A stretch of 64,000 bases of DNA from Eledone cirrhosa. Its lineage: Eukaryota. Below the pieces are notes generated by a model that ran no database searches, was not told the DNA's origin, and was given only the letters and a program-made list of their open reading frames with translations. Shown in pieces: positions 13,695 through 28,973 of this stretch; the first letter of the stretch is position 1; the number at the start of each line of letters is the position of its first letter. The position numbers and the translations under genes were made by a program. The stretch spans positions 13,640,001-13,704,000 of the forward strand of contig OZ024748.1 in the NCBI GenBank assembly GCA_964016885.1. The letters are read 5' to 3'.

Positions 13695-14220
13695 TGTTGG
13701 TGTGTGTGCGTGCGTGCGTGCGTCTTTCTGTGTTGGTACATATGTGTTTTTGTATGTGTGTGTGAGAAATCGAATATCTGTACTGTGTGCGTATGTGCAT
13801 TTGCCTGTGTGTGTGTGTGTGTGTGTGTGCGCGTGTGTGTTTCTACTAGATATACACAAGTGTCATTAAACACGTCTGAAGATGATATTATTCTGTTCAG
13901 AAATTCTCATCATCGATAAATCAATGAACTTTATTTATTAACATTGAAACATATCGGAAAAAACAAAATTATCTCAATCACTGAAAACAAAAGTTAGAAA
14001 AAATACTAAAAACTAAAAACAACACAAAACATAAAGATACTAAAAGGAAAATAAATAAAACAAATTAAATTATAATTGAAACAAACATTAAACCACATCC
14101 CTCCTCTTTAACGTGTTTATTTAATCCAGAAGTTCAAATATCTTCCCACCACTTGAAATGAAAATGAAAGACGAGATAATGTTTGTGAGGTTATATCTAT
14201 AGAAGATATGACTGACCAAT

Positions 14221-14500
14221 ACAACAACAACAGCAGTAGTAGTACTACCACCAACTATAGTAGTAATAGTAGCAGCACTACCACCAACAACAGCAGTATT
14301 AGTAGTACTACCACCAACTATAGTAGTAATAGTAGCAGCAGCACTACCACCAACAACAGCAGTAGTAGTACTACCACCAACTATAGTAGTAATAGTAGCA
14401 GCACTACCACCAACAACAGTAGTAGTAGTACTACCAACTATAGTAGTAATAGTAGCAGTACTACCACTAACAGCAGTAGTAGCAGCACTACCACCAACAA
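14221..14500. repeat. ~60-bp minisatellite x4 built from AGT/AGC/ACC/AAC triplets
   Basis: Unit agtagtactaccaccaactatagtagtaatagtagcagcactaccaccaacaacagc. Confidence 0.85.
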
Positions 14501-14537
14501 CTGCCAATCCACCCCGCCAGATTGTGATAATTATAAT

Positions 14538-14752
14538 GGTTTCTTATACAGGCACAAGGCCAGCAATGCCGGGGGGAGGGGAAAATCGATTAAATCGACT
14601 CAGTGCGTGACTGGTATTTTATTTTATCGACCCCCTAATGATGAAAGGTAAAGTTAACATCGGCGGGGTTTGAACTCAGACCATAAAGGGCCGTAACTCT
14701 ATGCTGCAAAGCATGGCGTCGGACCCTCTACCGATACTGCCAATCCACTGCC
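14538..14752 (-). mobile_element. SINE family 1 copy
   Basis: Same boxes and core; flanked by ~37-bp direct repeats (14500-14537 and 14736-14771). Confidence 0.85.
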
Positions 14753-14874
14753 AGATTGTGATAATTATAATAACGACCATCATCATCATCATCATCATCA
14801 TGATGGTTCATTATATATTGTCCACAAGATCGCACGTGTTAAGGACAATATAAAAGTCAATAAAACAATAAAAG

Positions 14875-16340
14875 ATGATGATGATGATGACAGAGACTAT
14901 AACAGCAACAACAACAATAACTACAACAATGACAACAACAGCAACTACAGCAATAACGATAACAGCAACAACAATAACAACACTAATAGTAAGAATAACA
15001 TCTACAATAATACCAAAAACAACAAAAACAACACTAATAGTAACAATAACAACACTAATAGTAACAATAACAACACTAATAGTAACAATAACAACACTAA
15101 TACTAACAATAACAACACTAACAATAACAATAGTAACAATAATAGCAACAGCGGTAACAACAGCAATAACTACAACAATAACAACACTAACAATAATAAC
15201 AATAACAACAAAAGCAACAGTAATAATAACAATAACAACTACACTGACAACAACAAAAATAACAATAACAAAAAACAATAACAAGAACAATAGCACCAAT
15301 AATAACAGCAACAATAACAACAAAAATAACAACACGAACAAAAACAATAATAGCAACAACAACAATAACAATAACAGCAATAGCAACAGCGACAATAACA
15401 ACAACAATATCAACAGCGACAATAACAACAATAATAACAATAACAGCAATAGCAAAAGCGACAATAACAACAACAATAACAACAACATCAATAGCAACAG
15501 CGACAATAACAACAACAATAACAACAACATCAATAGCAACAGTTCAATAACAACAACAATAACAACAACAGCAATAGCAACATCGACAATAACAACAACA
15601 ATAACAACAATAGCATCAGCGACAATAACAACAACAATAACAACAACAGCAATAGCAACAGCGACAACAACAACAATAACAACAACAGCAATAGCAACAG
15701 CGACAATAACAACAACAATAGCAACATCGACTATAACAACAACGACTATAACAACAACACTAACAACAACAGCAAAAGCAACATCGACAATAACAACAAC
15801 AATAACAACAACAGCAATAGCAACAGCGACAATAACAACAACAATAACAACAACAACCATAGCAACAGCGACAATAACAACGACAATAATAACGACAATA
15901 ATAACAACATCAACAACGACAATAACAACAACAACAAAAGCAACAGCGACAATAACAACAACAATAACAACAACAACAATAGCAACAGCGAAAATAACAA
16001 CAACAATAACAACAACAACCATAGCAACAGCGACAATAACAACAACAATAACAACAACAGCGACACTAACAACAACAATAACAACAACAGCGACAATAAC
16101 AACAACAACAATAGCAACAGCGACAATAACAACACCAATAACAACAACAATAACAACAACAACAATAGCAACAACAACAATAACAACAACGATAACAACA
16201 ACGATAACAACAACAATAGCAACAACGACAACAACAACACAATAACAACACCAGCGACACTAACGACAACAATAACAACAACAGCGACAATAACAACACC
16301 AGCAAAAGCAACAGCGACACTAACAACACCAACAACAAAC

Positions 16341-16384
<44 letters not shown>

Positions 16385-16430
16385 AGCAACAGCGACAATA
16401 ACAACAACAATAACAATAATTATAATTATA
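14875..16430. repeat. Long degenerate (AAC/AAT/AGC)n tract
   Basis: Direct reading; produces poly-T/N/V/L ORFs on both strands. Confidence 0.95.
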
Positions 16431-16719
16431 ATGACATTGAAGATATTGGTGTGGTAACCAAACAGATAACAATACCAATGAACCCATTAATTACTTAAGA
16501 TAAACATCGACTGGTAAATTTCTTTCATTCAATCTTATTTGGTTATTCTTCATGTCTGTGTGTGTTTTTATGTGTGTATATATGTGTGTGTAGGTGTGTG
16601 TATATATGTTTATATCTATATGTGTGTGTGGGGAGGGGGATGTTTGTGTGGAGTTTGAATGTGTTTATGTATTTGTGTTCGCTTCAGTGTGGAAATGTGA
16701 ACCTGTGTATATATATATG

Positions 16720-16784
<65 letters not shown>

Positions 16785-17049
16785 GTGTGTTTGTTTGTGT
16801 TGGCATGTGTCTATATGCTTGTATGTGTATTTATGTATGTGTGTGTGTCTGTCTGTTTGCCCCCCCCCCCAATCATTATCGCGTGGAATGTTTACAATTA
16901 ATCACCGGAAAGAAATTAAATGTTAGAATAATAGATACATTTTCATTTTCATTATTCATTATTTCTTTTATATTATTCTTGTTAGTTACCCTCGGATGTC
17001 TCCCCGCCTTTAGGGAATTCCTTATGTTTCAATTTTTAAAGGTTTATTA

Positions 17050-17352
17050 AACTAACAACAATAAAATAACAGAAATAATTGTTTCTACTTTTGGCACAAG
17101 GCCACCAATTATCTCAGTGTATTACTGGTACTTTATTTTATCGACCCCGTAAGGATGAAAGGCAAAGTTAACGTCTGCGGGATTTGAACTCAGTTAGGAC
17201 CCTTTATGTGAGTTCAAATCCCGCCGAGATTAATTTTGCCTTTCCTCCTTACGGGTGTCGATAAAATAAAGCACCAGTAATACACTAGGATAATTGCTGG
17301 CCTTGTGCCAAAAGTAGAAACAATTATTTCTGTTATTTTATTCTTGTTAGTT
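17050..17352. mobile_element. Head-to-head inverted pair of 5'-truncated SINE family 1 copies
   Basis: ~140-bp arms meeting just past the B-box (tttgaactca...tgagttcaaa); arms include flank sequence. Confidence 0.85.
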
Positions 17353-18076
17353 ACCCTCGTATGCTTCCGAACCTTTAGGGAATTCCTTATGTTTCAATTT
17401 TTAAAGGTTTATTTTCTTCCTCATTGCCGGAAATGTTATTTTACACAAATAATACTTACTGCATACAAAGCCGCAAACAGAAATGCTCCAGATTGCTCAC
17501 GTCACATACTTTACACAGTTACAAGTATATCATTTGCGTTATACATTTATGTGCACATTTTCTTTTAAAAATCTTGTTTACAACAGAATGATAATCGATC
17601 ATATAAGAGTGTTCAATTACTTACAACTAACAAAATTATGCAACATAACCAAATAATGTCACATATATATATACACAAACATTTTAGTACAGCATCAACG
17701 AAGCTTTTGGCAGCAGCCAAGCTAACGAATGCAGATACGGTGTGCAGCTTAGCACTCAATGGAAAATACTTTAAGCAGTTTATATACCCCACAGATACTT
17801 TAAGCAGTTTATATCTTAATTTTCATGGTAAAGCGTATATTTTCATTTTTTAAATCTTTTTTCGTGTAATATTGTAAATCTATAGATTTTTATTTTTATA
17901 TTTATTTTATATTTTCTTCTTGAATCTATAGATCGATAATCTTTTGATAGGTTGCTGGCACTAAAGAGTCAGTAACACAAGAGTAAGTATGTCAGTCAAA
18001 ACCGCACGAAAGATTTAGGTATAAATAATTAATCCGTTTTATACAAATACAATTACACACGCACATATAATGTATG

Positions 18077-18136
<60 letters not shown>

Positions 18137-18339
18137 TTTGATTAAGCGCCCCATATTTACCGCTGGTGTAAGGTCGTGGTAAAAATGTTTCATGTATTTT
18201 TTTTATTAATTCTGTTGAATCCAACAATTTGTTCATATAAATAATTAACTAATAATTAATTATATGTTTAATGATATGGAAGTAACGTGCGTTAAATGAA
18301 AATATAATATAATTAACAGACTTTGGTCTTCGTTCAATG

Positions 18340-18450
<111 letters not shown>

Positions 18451-18554
18451 ATATAATTATATATAATTCGGAATATCAGAGAACAAAAAGCAAATAAATC
18501 AGACAAACGCAGGAGTAAATGTTATAAATATTAGTTAAATGGTTGGTGAGAATG

Positions 18555-18690
<136 letters not shown>

Positions 18691-19349
18691 CATATATATA
18701 TATATATATGTACATATATAGAACAGAAACAGTATCGACTGAATATACCAATCTCATCTAAAAGAAATTCACTGAAACTTGTTTTTCCTAAATAAATCAC
18801 ATAATGTTGAATGTTAACAAGAAAATTATTTAAGTGTTTGTTTCATCTCGAATATGACTTTCTTATTGGTTTGAATCTCAGGTGTCTCTTTCGCCCGGAA
18901 GTCTCTGTTGATTACTCAATGACTAACTGGCATTCTATGGTTCTCTTCCAATTAAATTACTTAAATTATTATACCCAGCGGTAAAATTTCAATAAGTATT
19001 TTACTTGAATTATAAAACGGATCAAAGTTGTTAATTAGTGTTTCAGAAAATGAGTGCTATGACTTGTCTGATGCTATTGGCTATGAATTGGTATACTTCT
19101 TTTTTAATCAAGGAATATGGTTTGCAGGAACAAATTCGTATATTTTCAAAGTTTTTCCCACTTTTCTCTCTTTCCTTCTCTTCCTTATATGTGGTGTCTG
19201 TGCCTGTATCCTGTTTCTATTTTAATATAGAATTATAGAAATATCTTTGTGTGTCTCTTATCCATCATCAATATTTCTCACTCTAATTGTTCATGCCCTA
19301 TACACATGTATATATATATATATACATACATATCTATCTATCTATCTAT

Positions 19350-19405
<56 letters not shown>

Positions 19406-19468
19406 CTGATGGCAGCCAAGATGCTTCCAAGAGCAATCTCTGATCTTACAGAGCAGAGTATTCTATAT

Positions 19469-19625
19469 ATATATCAAAGGTATATATTGAGTTAGAAACT
19501 CAAACTAGTCTCTTACAATAAAATATTCAATTATAATATAGAGCTCGGAAAAGTCTCTTTCCTAGAGCTATTCTGTTGTAAGAGACTATTTTGAGTTTTT
19601 AACTCAATATATATCTTTGATATAT
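19469..19625. repeat. Inverted repeat (57-bp arms) at 5' end of an HHR-bearing element
   Basis: atatatcaaag.tatatattgagtta.aaactcaaa.tagtctcttacaa pairs with 19569-19625. Confidence 0.85.
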
Positions 19626-19795
19626 TCGGCTCCGCTAATTTGTTGATCTAATTCAAATGTTGAATAAACCTGGCTGCTATTTTTAGTGGTGTATGTTTGT
19701 GAGACGCGCTAAGTTCAGATACCATGTGCGTTGTTATATATACGCACACTATTCAGTTTCTTAATATACTTAGAAGTGTCTAGGATACTAATTCT

Positions 19796-19876
19796 TCACC
19801 CACTGATGAGCAAGAATTGGCATTCCTATTCACAATTAATTTTGCGAAACAGCAGTACCAAAAGCTGTCCGGGTGA
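19796..19876 (+). ncRNA. Type I hammerhead ribozyme with extended helix II
   Basis: tcaccc(a)-CTGATGA-gcaaga...ttttgc-GAAA-cagc-agtaccaaaa-gctg-TC-(c)gggtga; GUC triplet; A.C mismatch at the first helix I pair. Confidence 0.8.
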
Positions 19877-20054
19877 TTGGTAGTTACCACAATTCCGGTT
19901 TGTATTTATTTTCTTGATTATTCTTAAATTGAGTCAGGCAAACCCTATTGTCTATAGTTAGTATTCTTTTAACCTTGGCGAATCTGGTCCCTTGCGATTT
20001 GAACACATATATGTATAAATCTGTGTTCGTCTTTCTTTTATATTCAATTATTAT

Positions 20055-20096
<42 letters not shown>

Positions 20097-20185
20097 CATA
20101 CATACATATATATAATACATACATACTTATATTTAATACATACATATATATAATACATACATACATATTTATAATACATACATAC

Positions 20186-20257
<72 letters not shown>

Positions 20258-21270
20258 GTGCGTGTCTTTATACATTGCCTCAAGTGTATCCGGTTAGATC
20301 GACGTGGTATTAAATGGCAGTAACATGATGCTTGAGTTTATTTGGGAGCATTGCATCGAATCAATTGCCCTGAATTGAAAGTCTCAACAATGCGGTGTCT
20401 ATATAGAAAGAGTTCCCTATGTATTACTAAACGTTAAACAAAGACGGACATTTGATAAAAGACACGAATAAGAAAACTCCGTTATATAGAAATCAAATTC
20501 TAATGCTATACATTCTTGTATTGATAGATTACTTTTAACATATTTGACGAAAATAATTCCAACACGTTCATCTGTCGTTATTCTGTTGTGAACGATGTTT
20601 GTTTGTTGGTGTTTTCTGTTTTTATGTCTGTTTATTTTTTTATTTTATTTTTTTTTGTGTATTGGAGAGGGTGGGGAATAGAGACGGATAAACTATCTGT
20701 GTTAGCTTCTTTAAAAAACTCACAGATACGGAAACAGATATATACAGACAAGAAACTCCTTAAATGTTGATTGCTGGCAAATATTTACATACAGTGAAAG
20801 TGCGTATCTTAATGGTTAGTTTGTTTGTCTTACGAACCTAACGTCAAGTGTTCAATTTGGTCGGTGCAGCTGTCTTCTTGAGCAAGACCCATTATTTCAT
20901 GTTGTTCCAGTTCCTTCATGAATCTCCCTTAGAAGTTTGTTAAGGGTGTACATGACTCTAAAATGATCAGTCATTTGAACTTTAATTACTGAGCAGGCCG
21001 TTCCGTTCATCAAATAACTGGAACACTCATGGTGGGAAAAAGTCAATCACAGATATACAATAAAACTGTATTGAAATTAATTCAGAATTTTCCATTGTAA
21101 TGTCTTGACAGGAAGCAACAGATATTTTTGTGCATTTTCCATTGTAATTGAAACTTTTGTTCTTTCTTTCGTTCTTTCTTTGCCTTTTCCACTATAAAGT
21201 GTGATAAAGACCAACTGAGGTCAGAAATTTAACAGAATAATAATAAAACACTATTATTAAAGCCACATTT

Positions 21271-21311
21271 ATATGACTTTAAATGTGCTCAATTTTATTG
21301 ATGGAAACATC

Positions 21312-21382
<71 letters not shown>

Positions 21383-21392
21383 TATATTATAT

Positions 21393-21471
<79 letters not shown>

Positions 21472-21479
21472 TGTATATG

Positions 21480-21516
<37 letters not shown>

Positions 21517-21557
21517 GATGTTTCCATCAATAAAATTGAGCACATTTAAAGTCATAT
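21271..21557. repeat. Perfect 46-bp inverted repeat around a (TA)n tract
   Basis: atatgactttaaatgtgctcaattttattgatggaaacatcatata at 21271 and its reverse complement at 21512-21557. Confidence 0.9.
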
Positions 21558-21851
21558 TTTCTTTTCCTTTTACTAATATATATATATATACATATACATA
21601 TATATATATATGTATGTATACAAACGCTCACTTACACTATTACATATGTACATATAATAGTGTATATACATATGTATATATATACATATATATATATATA
21701 GCTATATATATATATGTGTGTCTGTGTGTGTTTGTGTGTAAATTAATAGATAAATAGAACCATATAAATATATTTATCTTTATATATCATAATGAAAACA
21801 CTCACATACACAAATACACACACACATATTTATCTATTAATTTACACACAA

Positions 21852-21883
<32 letters not shown>

Positions 21884-22257
21884 ACACACACATATATATA
21901 TATATATATGTATGTATGTATATATATACATATGTATAGACACTATTTTATGTACATATGTAATAGTGCACGTGAGTGTTTGTATATATGCGACTTAAGA
22001 CAGACGGAGTGTAAATTATTACCCATTATATGAACGCACACCCAGAAACACATATACACAGGCACAAACAAACACACACACACAGTGTACACACACAGTG
22101 TACACACACACACACACATACACACAATAGTGTACGTGAGCGTTTGTATGTATAAGACAGACGGAGTGTAAATTATTACCCATTCTACGAACACACACAC
22201 AGACACACACACACACACATACAAATACAAACACACACACACACACACGCACGCACG

Positions 22258-22313
<56 letters not shown>

Positions 22314-22696
22314 CACACACATATATAATCACGTTAAAACCTATCTTTGCTTTATTACTTTATAAAGTCACCGATTTCCTAAAACATTAATTGAAAATAT
22401 TTCCAAATATTAAAGAAGTAGACATTACTAGGGGAAAAAATCATATATATGAGATATATGATTAAAATATTTCACTCACTTACTAATTCTCTCCCCGTGT
22501 CTCTATCTCTGTCTCGCTGTCTCTCTGCTTTCTAAGACTCAATATTTAATATATATTGGCAATATTTAATATTTTCTTTGCCTGGTTTGGTTTCGTTCGA
22601 GGGGAAACAAGTCAGATATAATATTTGGAAATAGTTTACAAAAATATTGATCGTGTAACATATTATTTAAATCTAAAACTAAAAGAGAAAGAATTG

Positions 22697-22777
<81 letters not shown>

Positions 22778-22789
22778 TTATACATATTT

Positions 22790-22839
<50 letters not shown>

Positions 22840-22841
22840 TT

Positions 22842-22895
<54 letters not shown>

Positions 22896-22901
22896 TTATA
22901 C

Positions 22902-22932
<31 letters not shown>

Positions 22933-22949
22933 CATATATATATATATTT

Positions 22950-23036
<87 letters not shown>

Positions 23037-23069
23037 TACATATATATATACATATATATATATATATAA

Positions 23070-23108
<39 letters not shown>

Positions 23109-23247
23109 CAGATATATATATATTTATGAATACATATACATATATATATATAAATAAATATATACATATATATATATACATATACATATATATATATATA
23201 TATACATGTAAATATGTATATATATCTGTACACACACATACACGCAC

Positions 23248-23314
<67 letters not shown>

Positions 23315-23583
23315 CATGTGTGTCTATATTTGAATCAATGAAGCACAAATATGGTTCCGTGGTTACGTGGGGGGTGGGGGGTGGCGCGGGGTTGGGTAGA
23401 GGTATTTCTTGTATTATAAATATAACATATTTGTATTTGACTGAGAGAATCTTGAAGAAATTCATTCGCTTTCGAAAAGAAATAAAAATGAAATAATGAA
23501 TGGTCTATAACAACAACAGCAATAACAACAACAACAACAAAAACAACAACAACAGCAATTACAACAACAACAACAACAAAAAG

Positions 23584-23622
<39 letters not shown>

Positions 23623-23630
23623 TAAATAAT

Positions 23631-23664
<34 letters not shown>

Positions 23665-23874
23665 GTAATAATAACAATATCATATATATATATAAATGAG
23701 TTAAATAAACATTTTCGGTAGAAAATAATTTTAAAATCTTGAAAATTACAGAACGAAAATTTAAATGAAATATTAAAATACAAATACTGCTTATTTATTT
23801 ATTTACTTATGTGTTCAGACTCGGATATAGAAGGATATCGCGACACGTATACATATATACACATACATATATAT

Positions 23875-23979
<105 letters not shown>

Positions 23980-23982
23980 CAT

Positions 23983-24187
23983 AAGTTTTAATATAGATGA
24001 GATTCTACAGGACTAGAACTGTTTCATTCTTCAGAAATCATCAGAAATCATCAGGATTCCTGATGATTTCTAATGAATGAAACAGTTCTAGTCCTGTAGA
24101 ATCTCATCTATATTAAAACTTTTATACTCTGCAATGTATTGAGTACCTTACTTACTGTGGTTACCTCCGATTCAACCCGGAATAACG
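23983..24187 (+). mobile_element. HHR element family A with 5' inverted arm
   Basis: Palindrome 23983-24121 plus unique 3' tail ending ttcaacccggaataacg; (TA)n on both sides. Confidence 0.85.
24054..24104 (+). ncRNA. Type I hammerhead ribozyme (family A)
   Basis: ggattc-CTGATGA-t-ttc-taat-gaa-t-GAAA-cag-ttctagtc-ctg-TA-gaatct. Confidence 0.8.
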
Positions 24188-24269
24188 TATATATATATAT
24201 ATATATATACATATATACACGAATGCAAACACAATTAGATAGAGTGAGAGACGATGAGAAGCGTATTTA

Positions 24270-24328
<59 letters not shown>

Positions 24329-24498
24329 TACGTACTTGCATGAGTGTATAAAAACGCATACTCTTAGATAAATATATACTTATGTATGTATGTTCGTACG
24401 TATATCTGTATGTACTTACCTATGCATGTATGTATGCATCTATGTATGTATATATATATATATATATGTATATGTATATATGTATATATGTATATATG

Positions 24499-24553
<55 letters not shown>

Positions 24554-25031
24554 TTAGAGAGAGAGAGAGGTGTATGTTTGAGTGAGAGAGTTAGCGGGAG
24601 GGAGGCGACAGGAGCTATAACATAAGTAAATAGATAAGAATTAATCACACACTGCAAGATATATTGAAAAATCTGTAATATATATTAAAAACATATAGAA
24701 AAACATATGGCCGAGTGAAACGACGTAAATGATTAGAGAAGGTTTGCCTCCACGTGTCAATGATCTTCATGAATCAGTGCTTAGCTTTAGCCTCACTACA
24801 CTAAACCGAATTAAATATGATACCAAGTGTTTTATTATAATAAAACATTTGGTATCTCATTTAATTCAAACTAAACCAATTTATGTAAATATTATTCTGT
24901 GTAGTAATTTGGATGATATTACTTAAATGGCAGCTAAATTGAGGCAATGATAAATGTAACAATCACCACTGCCCTGCCACAGACCTAAATATGATACAAT
25001 AGTGTTAATTACTGCACTAGGGCTTGATGAA

Positions 25032-25360
25032 GACAACCACAAGGATATGGTCCGAATGTGGAAAAGCGGAACTCCCACTGTCATCACCTCTATCTCTCGC
25101 AGCCTCCCCATCTCTCCGTATGAAGAGCAAATGGGATCCCACGTGTTGGCCTCCCCACAGCCCCGACAGACAGAATGGAGAAGGCGTTACCCCGGAGGAT
25201 GGTAAGGGAGATGCGCTGGAAGAGCCATTCCAACTAGCGAGGCTCACCCCTGCGGCTGGCTAGCTCAGCGCCTATGGTGATGAATAGGGAGGTAACCCTA
25301 GGGCCAAGGACACCAGAAGTCTCCACTGCCATGAGAACAACCGTGAACCTGTCGGGTACT
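25032..25360. repeat. GC-rich dispersed repeat (family of 1238-1345), unclassified
   Basis: Homology between two loci; GC-rich island in AT-rich background. Confidence 0.65.
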
Positions 25361-25699
25361 AAATGTAAATTGGTATAATGTATGACTTCAAATGATTGAC
25401 CATAAATCAGTTCCTTTCTTTGAATTAAAATTAGTTAAGACTTCCATTTCAGATCCAGAACAATACTTTCGTGTCAGATCACATGATTTTACTACTCCAT
25501 CGAAAAAAGAAAGTCATTGCTCATAACCAGTTTTCAAAGATTCAGGGGTGTTATATATATCGCACCTTTGCAGGTTTATTAGGCTTTCTACGAAGCTGAA
25601 AATCTCTGGAGATTTTTCTGGTGTTTTGATTCTAAGGATTCCAGTGGCGGTTGGGTCTCAAACTGTAGACATATCTCGAAATATTTGCAACAAAATGAA

Positions 25700-26286
25700 C
25701 ATTGAACAAATAGAGTAGACAATACCGTTAGATTTGATTGTTATATAGTTCATGCAAATCTTCTCTAACAATTTATAAACATGAGACAAAATTAAAATTA
25801 CCGCTGGTGCGTAACTCTTTCGCTTTGAACCGTTCTGTTTTTACATTTGCTTTCGTTTTTTGTTTCTTCAATGCTTTTAAAACTTCGTCTGACATTTCAT
25901 TACCAGCACTTATCTTTATCATTTTCTTTTATCTTAGGCTTTTCTCAATCTTCTTTAAAATTTCGCATTTATAAGTAATTTCAAAATTGGTCATATATAC
26001 AATCTTATCAATGAACGATTTTTTTCCTATATTCAAACCGTCCAGAGGCAATCTGCTCACGATCAATGAAATGTCCCCATTTTCTCCTTAATGTCACTAG
26101 GTTTGTTTACTCATGCATTTACAGTTTGTGATCTCATTTGTTTATTCATACCTTTCTCCGTATTTATGCAGGTATTGATTTTTCAGTTATTTGGATTTTT
26201 TTTACTGTTCATTACCAAGAATAGATCTCTATATTTACACTATATATATGAATATATATATATATATATATATAAAAGAAAAAAAC

Positions 26287-26324
<38 letters not shown>

Positions 26325-27075
26325 CCTCTTTACTTTTTCTCTTTCTCTTCAATAGTCGATATAATTTTAGAATTCATACAATTGTATTTTCTTATATTCC
26401 TACTCCAGTAACGTTTTCTTAAGTGATGTTTGCATAAAAGTTTCAATTATATTTCATTCTATATATTCTATATTATATATTTCTTCATTGTGTAAATATT
26501 CATACGGATTTCGTATTTACACATATTTCCGTTTATTTGTATAATGCCTGTTTTAGTAAGTTTAACTTTAATTGTCTTCATCTTTTGCCTATTTTAGTTT
26601 TCTTAAATATTGATTTCTAATTTAATCAGTATGTGATTATTGTCTGAACTTATATCTACTAGATGCTCTGTTTTGCCAAGTCAAACAGAGTTTCTAAATC
26701 GTTGCTTTATTACTATATAGTCTATCTGACTTCGTTTTATACGTTTTATATCACCTAGACTCTTCCATGCGTGTGTTTTTCTTCGTGGTTGTTGGTGGAG
26801 AATGTTTCGTGACTACAAAATTGTTTCTTTGATTAAAATGGATCAATTCGTCACCTCTTTCATTTCCTTCACCTAATCCATAATTGGGCCATTTTGTCAC
26901 TTCCTTCGCGTATGTCAATTAACCCATGATGTTGGTGTTACTCTGTAGACCCTTGCAATAAAATCTCCTATTAAAGAGTAGATCTTTACTTCGATGTAGT
27001 TTATTATTCATTCAATTCTTCGGTAGACATTTTTTTACCACCCATTACTGTGTTCTTTCTCAGGTGTGAATACCT
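25700..27075 (-). pseudogene. Decayed RTE-clade LINE (APE endonuclease and start of RT)
   Basis: Minus translation YGLGEGNERGDELIHF..NNFVVT..QQPRRKTHAWKSLGD..RSQIDYIVIKQRFRNSV..DISSDNN (APE, 26630-26930) and ILSHVYKLLEKI (RT N-terminal, ~25755-25795); stops, frameshifts and a TA insertion. Confidence 0.8.
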
Positions 27076-27685
27076 GACATGATGCTGATATTGCACTTTC
27101 ATTATTTATACGATAGCAGGAATTTCCGAACAACCTATTAGTAATTTTGCTATAGCGTTCAGCATAATGATGACCACTTCCCTTTTTTGATGCAATTATC
27201 AACGAGAATAAAAACTGCGTAAATTTCTATCCACTTCACATCTCAGTTCATTTTTCTTATCCCCTGACGTGGGGCACATAAGGTTTGAGTAACCTACCAC
27301 TTCCTTCTTTCCATCATTCTCACGTGCCACCAATTAAGTTGTTGTGACGTTTTCAACGGCCGATTCCCTGCTGTTATCCGACCATTACCTTTTCTCCCCC
27401 GATTAGGTTCTGAGTGGTTGGTATTCTTGAAACCATCCGCTCTTGTCAGGTGATTGTACAATCGCTATTGTATATTTATTTATATAGAAATTATGAACCT
27501 GATCGAATCGTGGGGTCATCATAATTAGATATGGCGTGTCTTTTGCGCTATAATTCTCGTGGAAGAGAGGAAGTGAGGAATAGATATAGAAAATCAAATC
27601 GATTCAATTACTTGACTGAGATTTATCTGTTGACCTCGAAATTTGACATCGTTGGGATTTGAACTCAAATCGTATAAAACATATA

Positions 27686-27770
27686 TAAGACGGTCATCTG
27701 AAAGTTCATAGGGTGACCAATATACTCTCATGAAATGACCAAATGAGGTTTATATTTCAACATAGTCTTT
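27686..27770 (+). mobile_element. Mariner-like terminal fragment
   Basis: ta.gacggtcatctgaaagttcatagggtgaccaa...tttcaacatagtc resembles mariner TIR/5' ends; no partner TIR seen. Confidence 0.4.
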
Positions 27771-28352
27771 GGAGAGAAACAGTGCAATAATTAATAAGAA
27801 TGTTAACAGAATTGAAATAAATGCAGCCTACGAACAGTTCCGCCGACACTCGTATTTCCGAGTTTGCATTTAACTATTGTTATTAATATATTTATATCTT
27901 TATATAATATTATTTATATCTTTATATAATATAATTTATATCTTTTTCTTAATGTGATCTATTCACTCGCCTCTCAGGTAAGATCCAGGTAGATGTCAAC
28001 TAATTTTGATTGAATGGTGTACAGTTACAATGACAGTTTTAAATATGAAATAAATAATGTACTCATGAATGGAGGAGAAACTTACTCGTGAACTTTTCCA
28101 TTCATCTTTTCAGAAATCATTGTATATATGTATATATATATATATATATATAAAATTATGTATATATATAAATTATGTATATATATAAATTAGGTATATG
28201 TATTAATTATGTATATACATAAAATTATATATATATATATAAATATATATATAATTATATATATGATAATGAAAATTATTGTTTAGTGCTAAGGTGTACT
28301 ACACACAACACACACGCACACACACATACACACACACACACACATACACACA

Positions 28353-28426
<74 letters not shown>

Positions 28427-28690
28427 CACATATATCTATATATATATATATTCACGTATGTGTATATAATATGCTCTTTGTGGTCGGCGAACAAGACAGG
28501 TGTAGTTGCAGGGGTGGCAATGAATGTGAATGAATGACTTAATTAATTAGTTAATTAAGTCTATAATCTAAACCTTCCATGATTTGAAATCATCGATTAT
28601 TTGTTAATTTCAAAGAGTAGAGTGCCAACGGATTAAAATATTAGAATATTAGAATTCAGTTAATAATTAGAATCTCGTTATATATATATA

Positions 28691-28973
<283 letters not shown>

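Noticed and set aside
14811-16416. 400-450-aa poly-T/N/V/L ORFs
   Set aside because: Artefact of (AAC)n-type repeats lacking stops.
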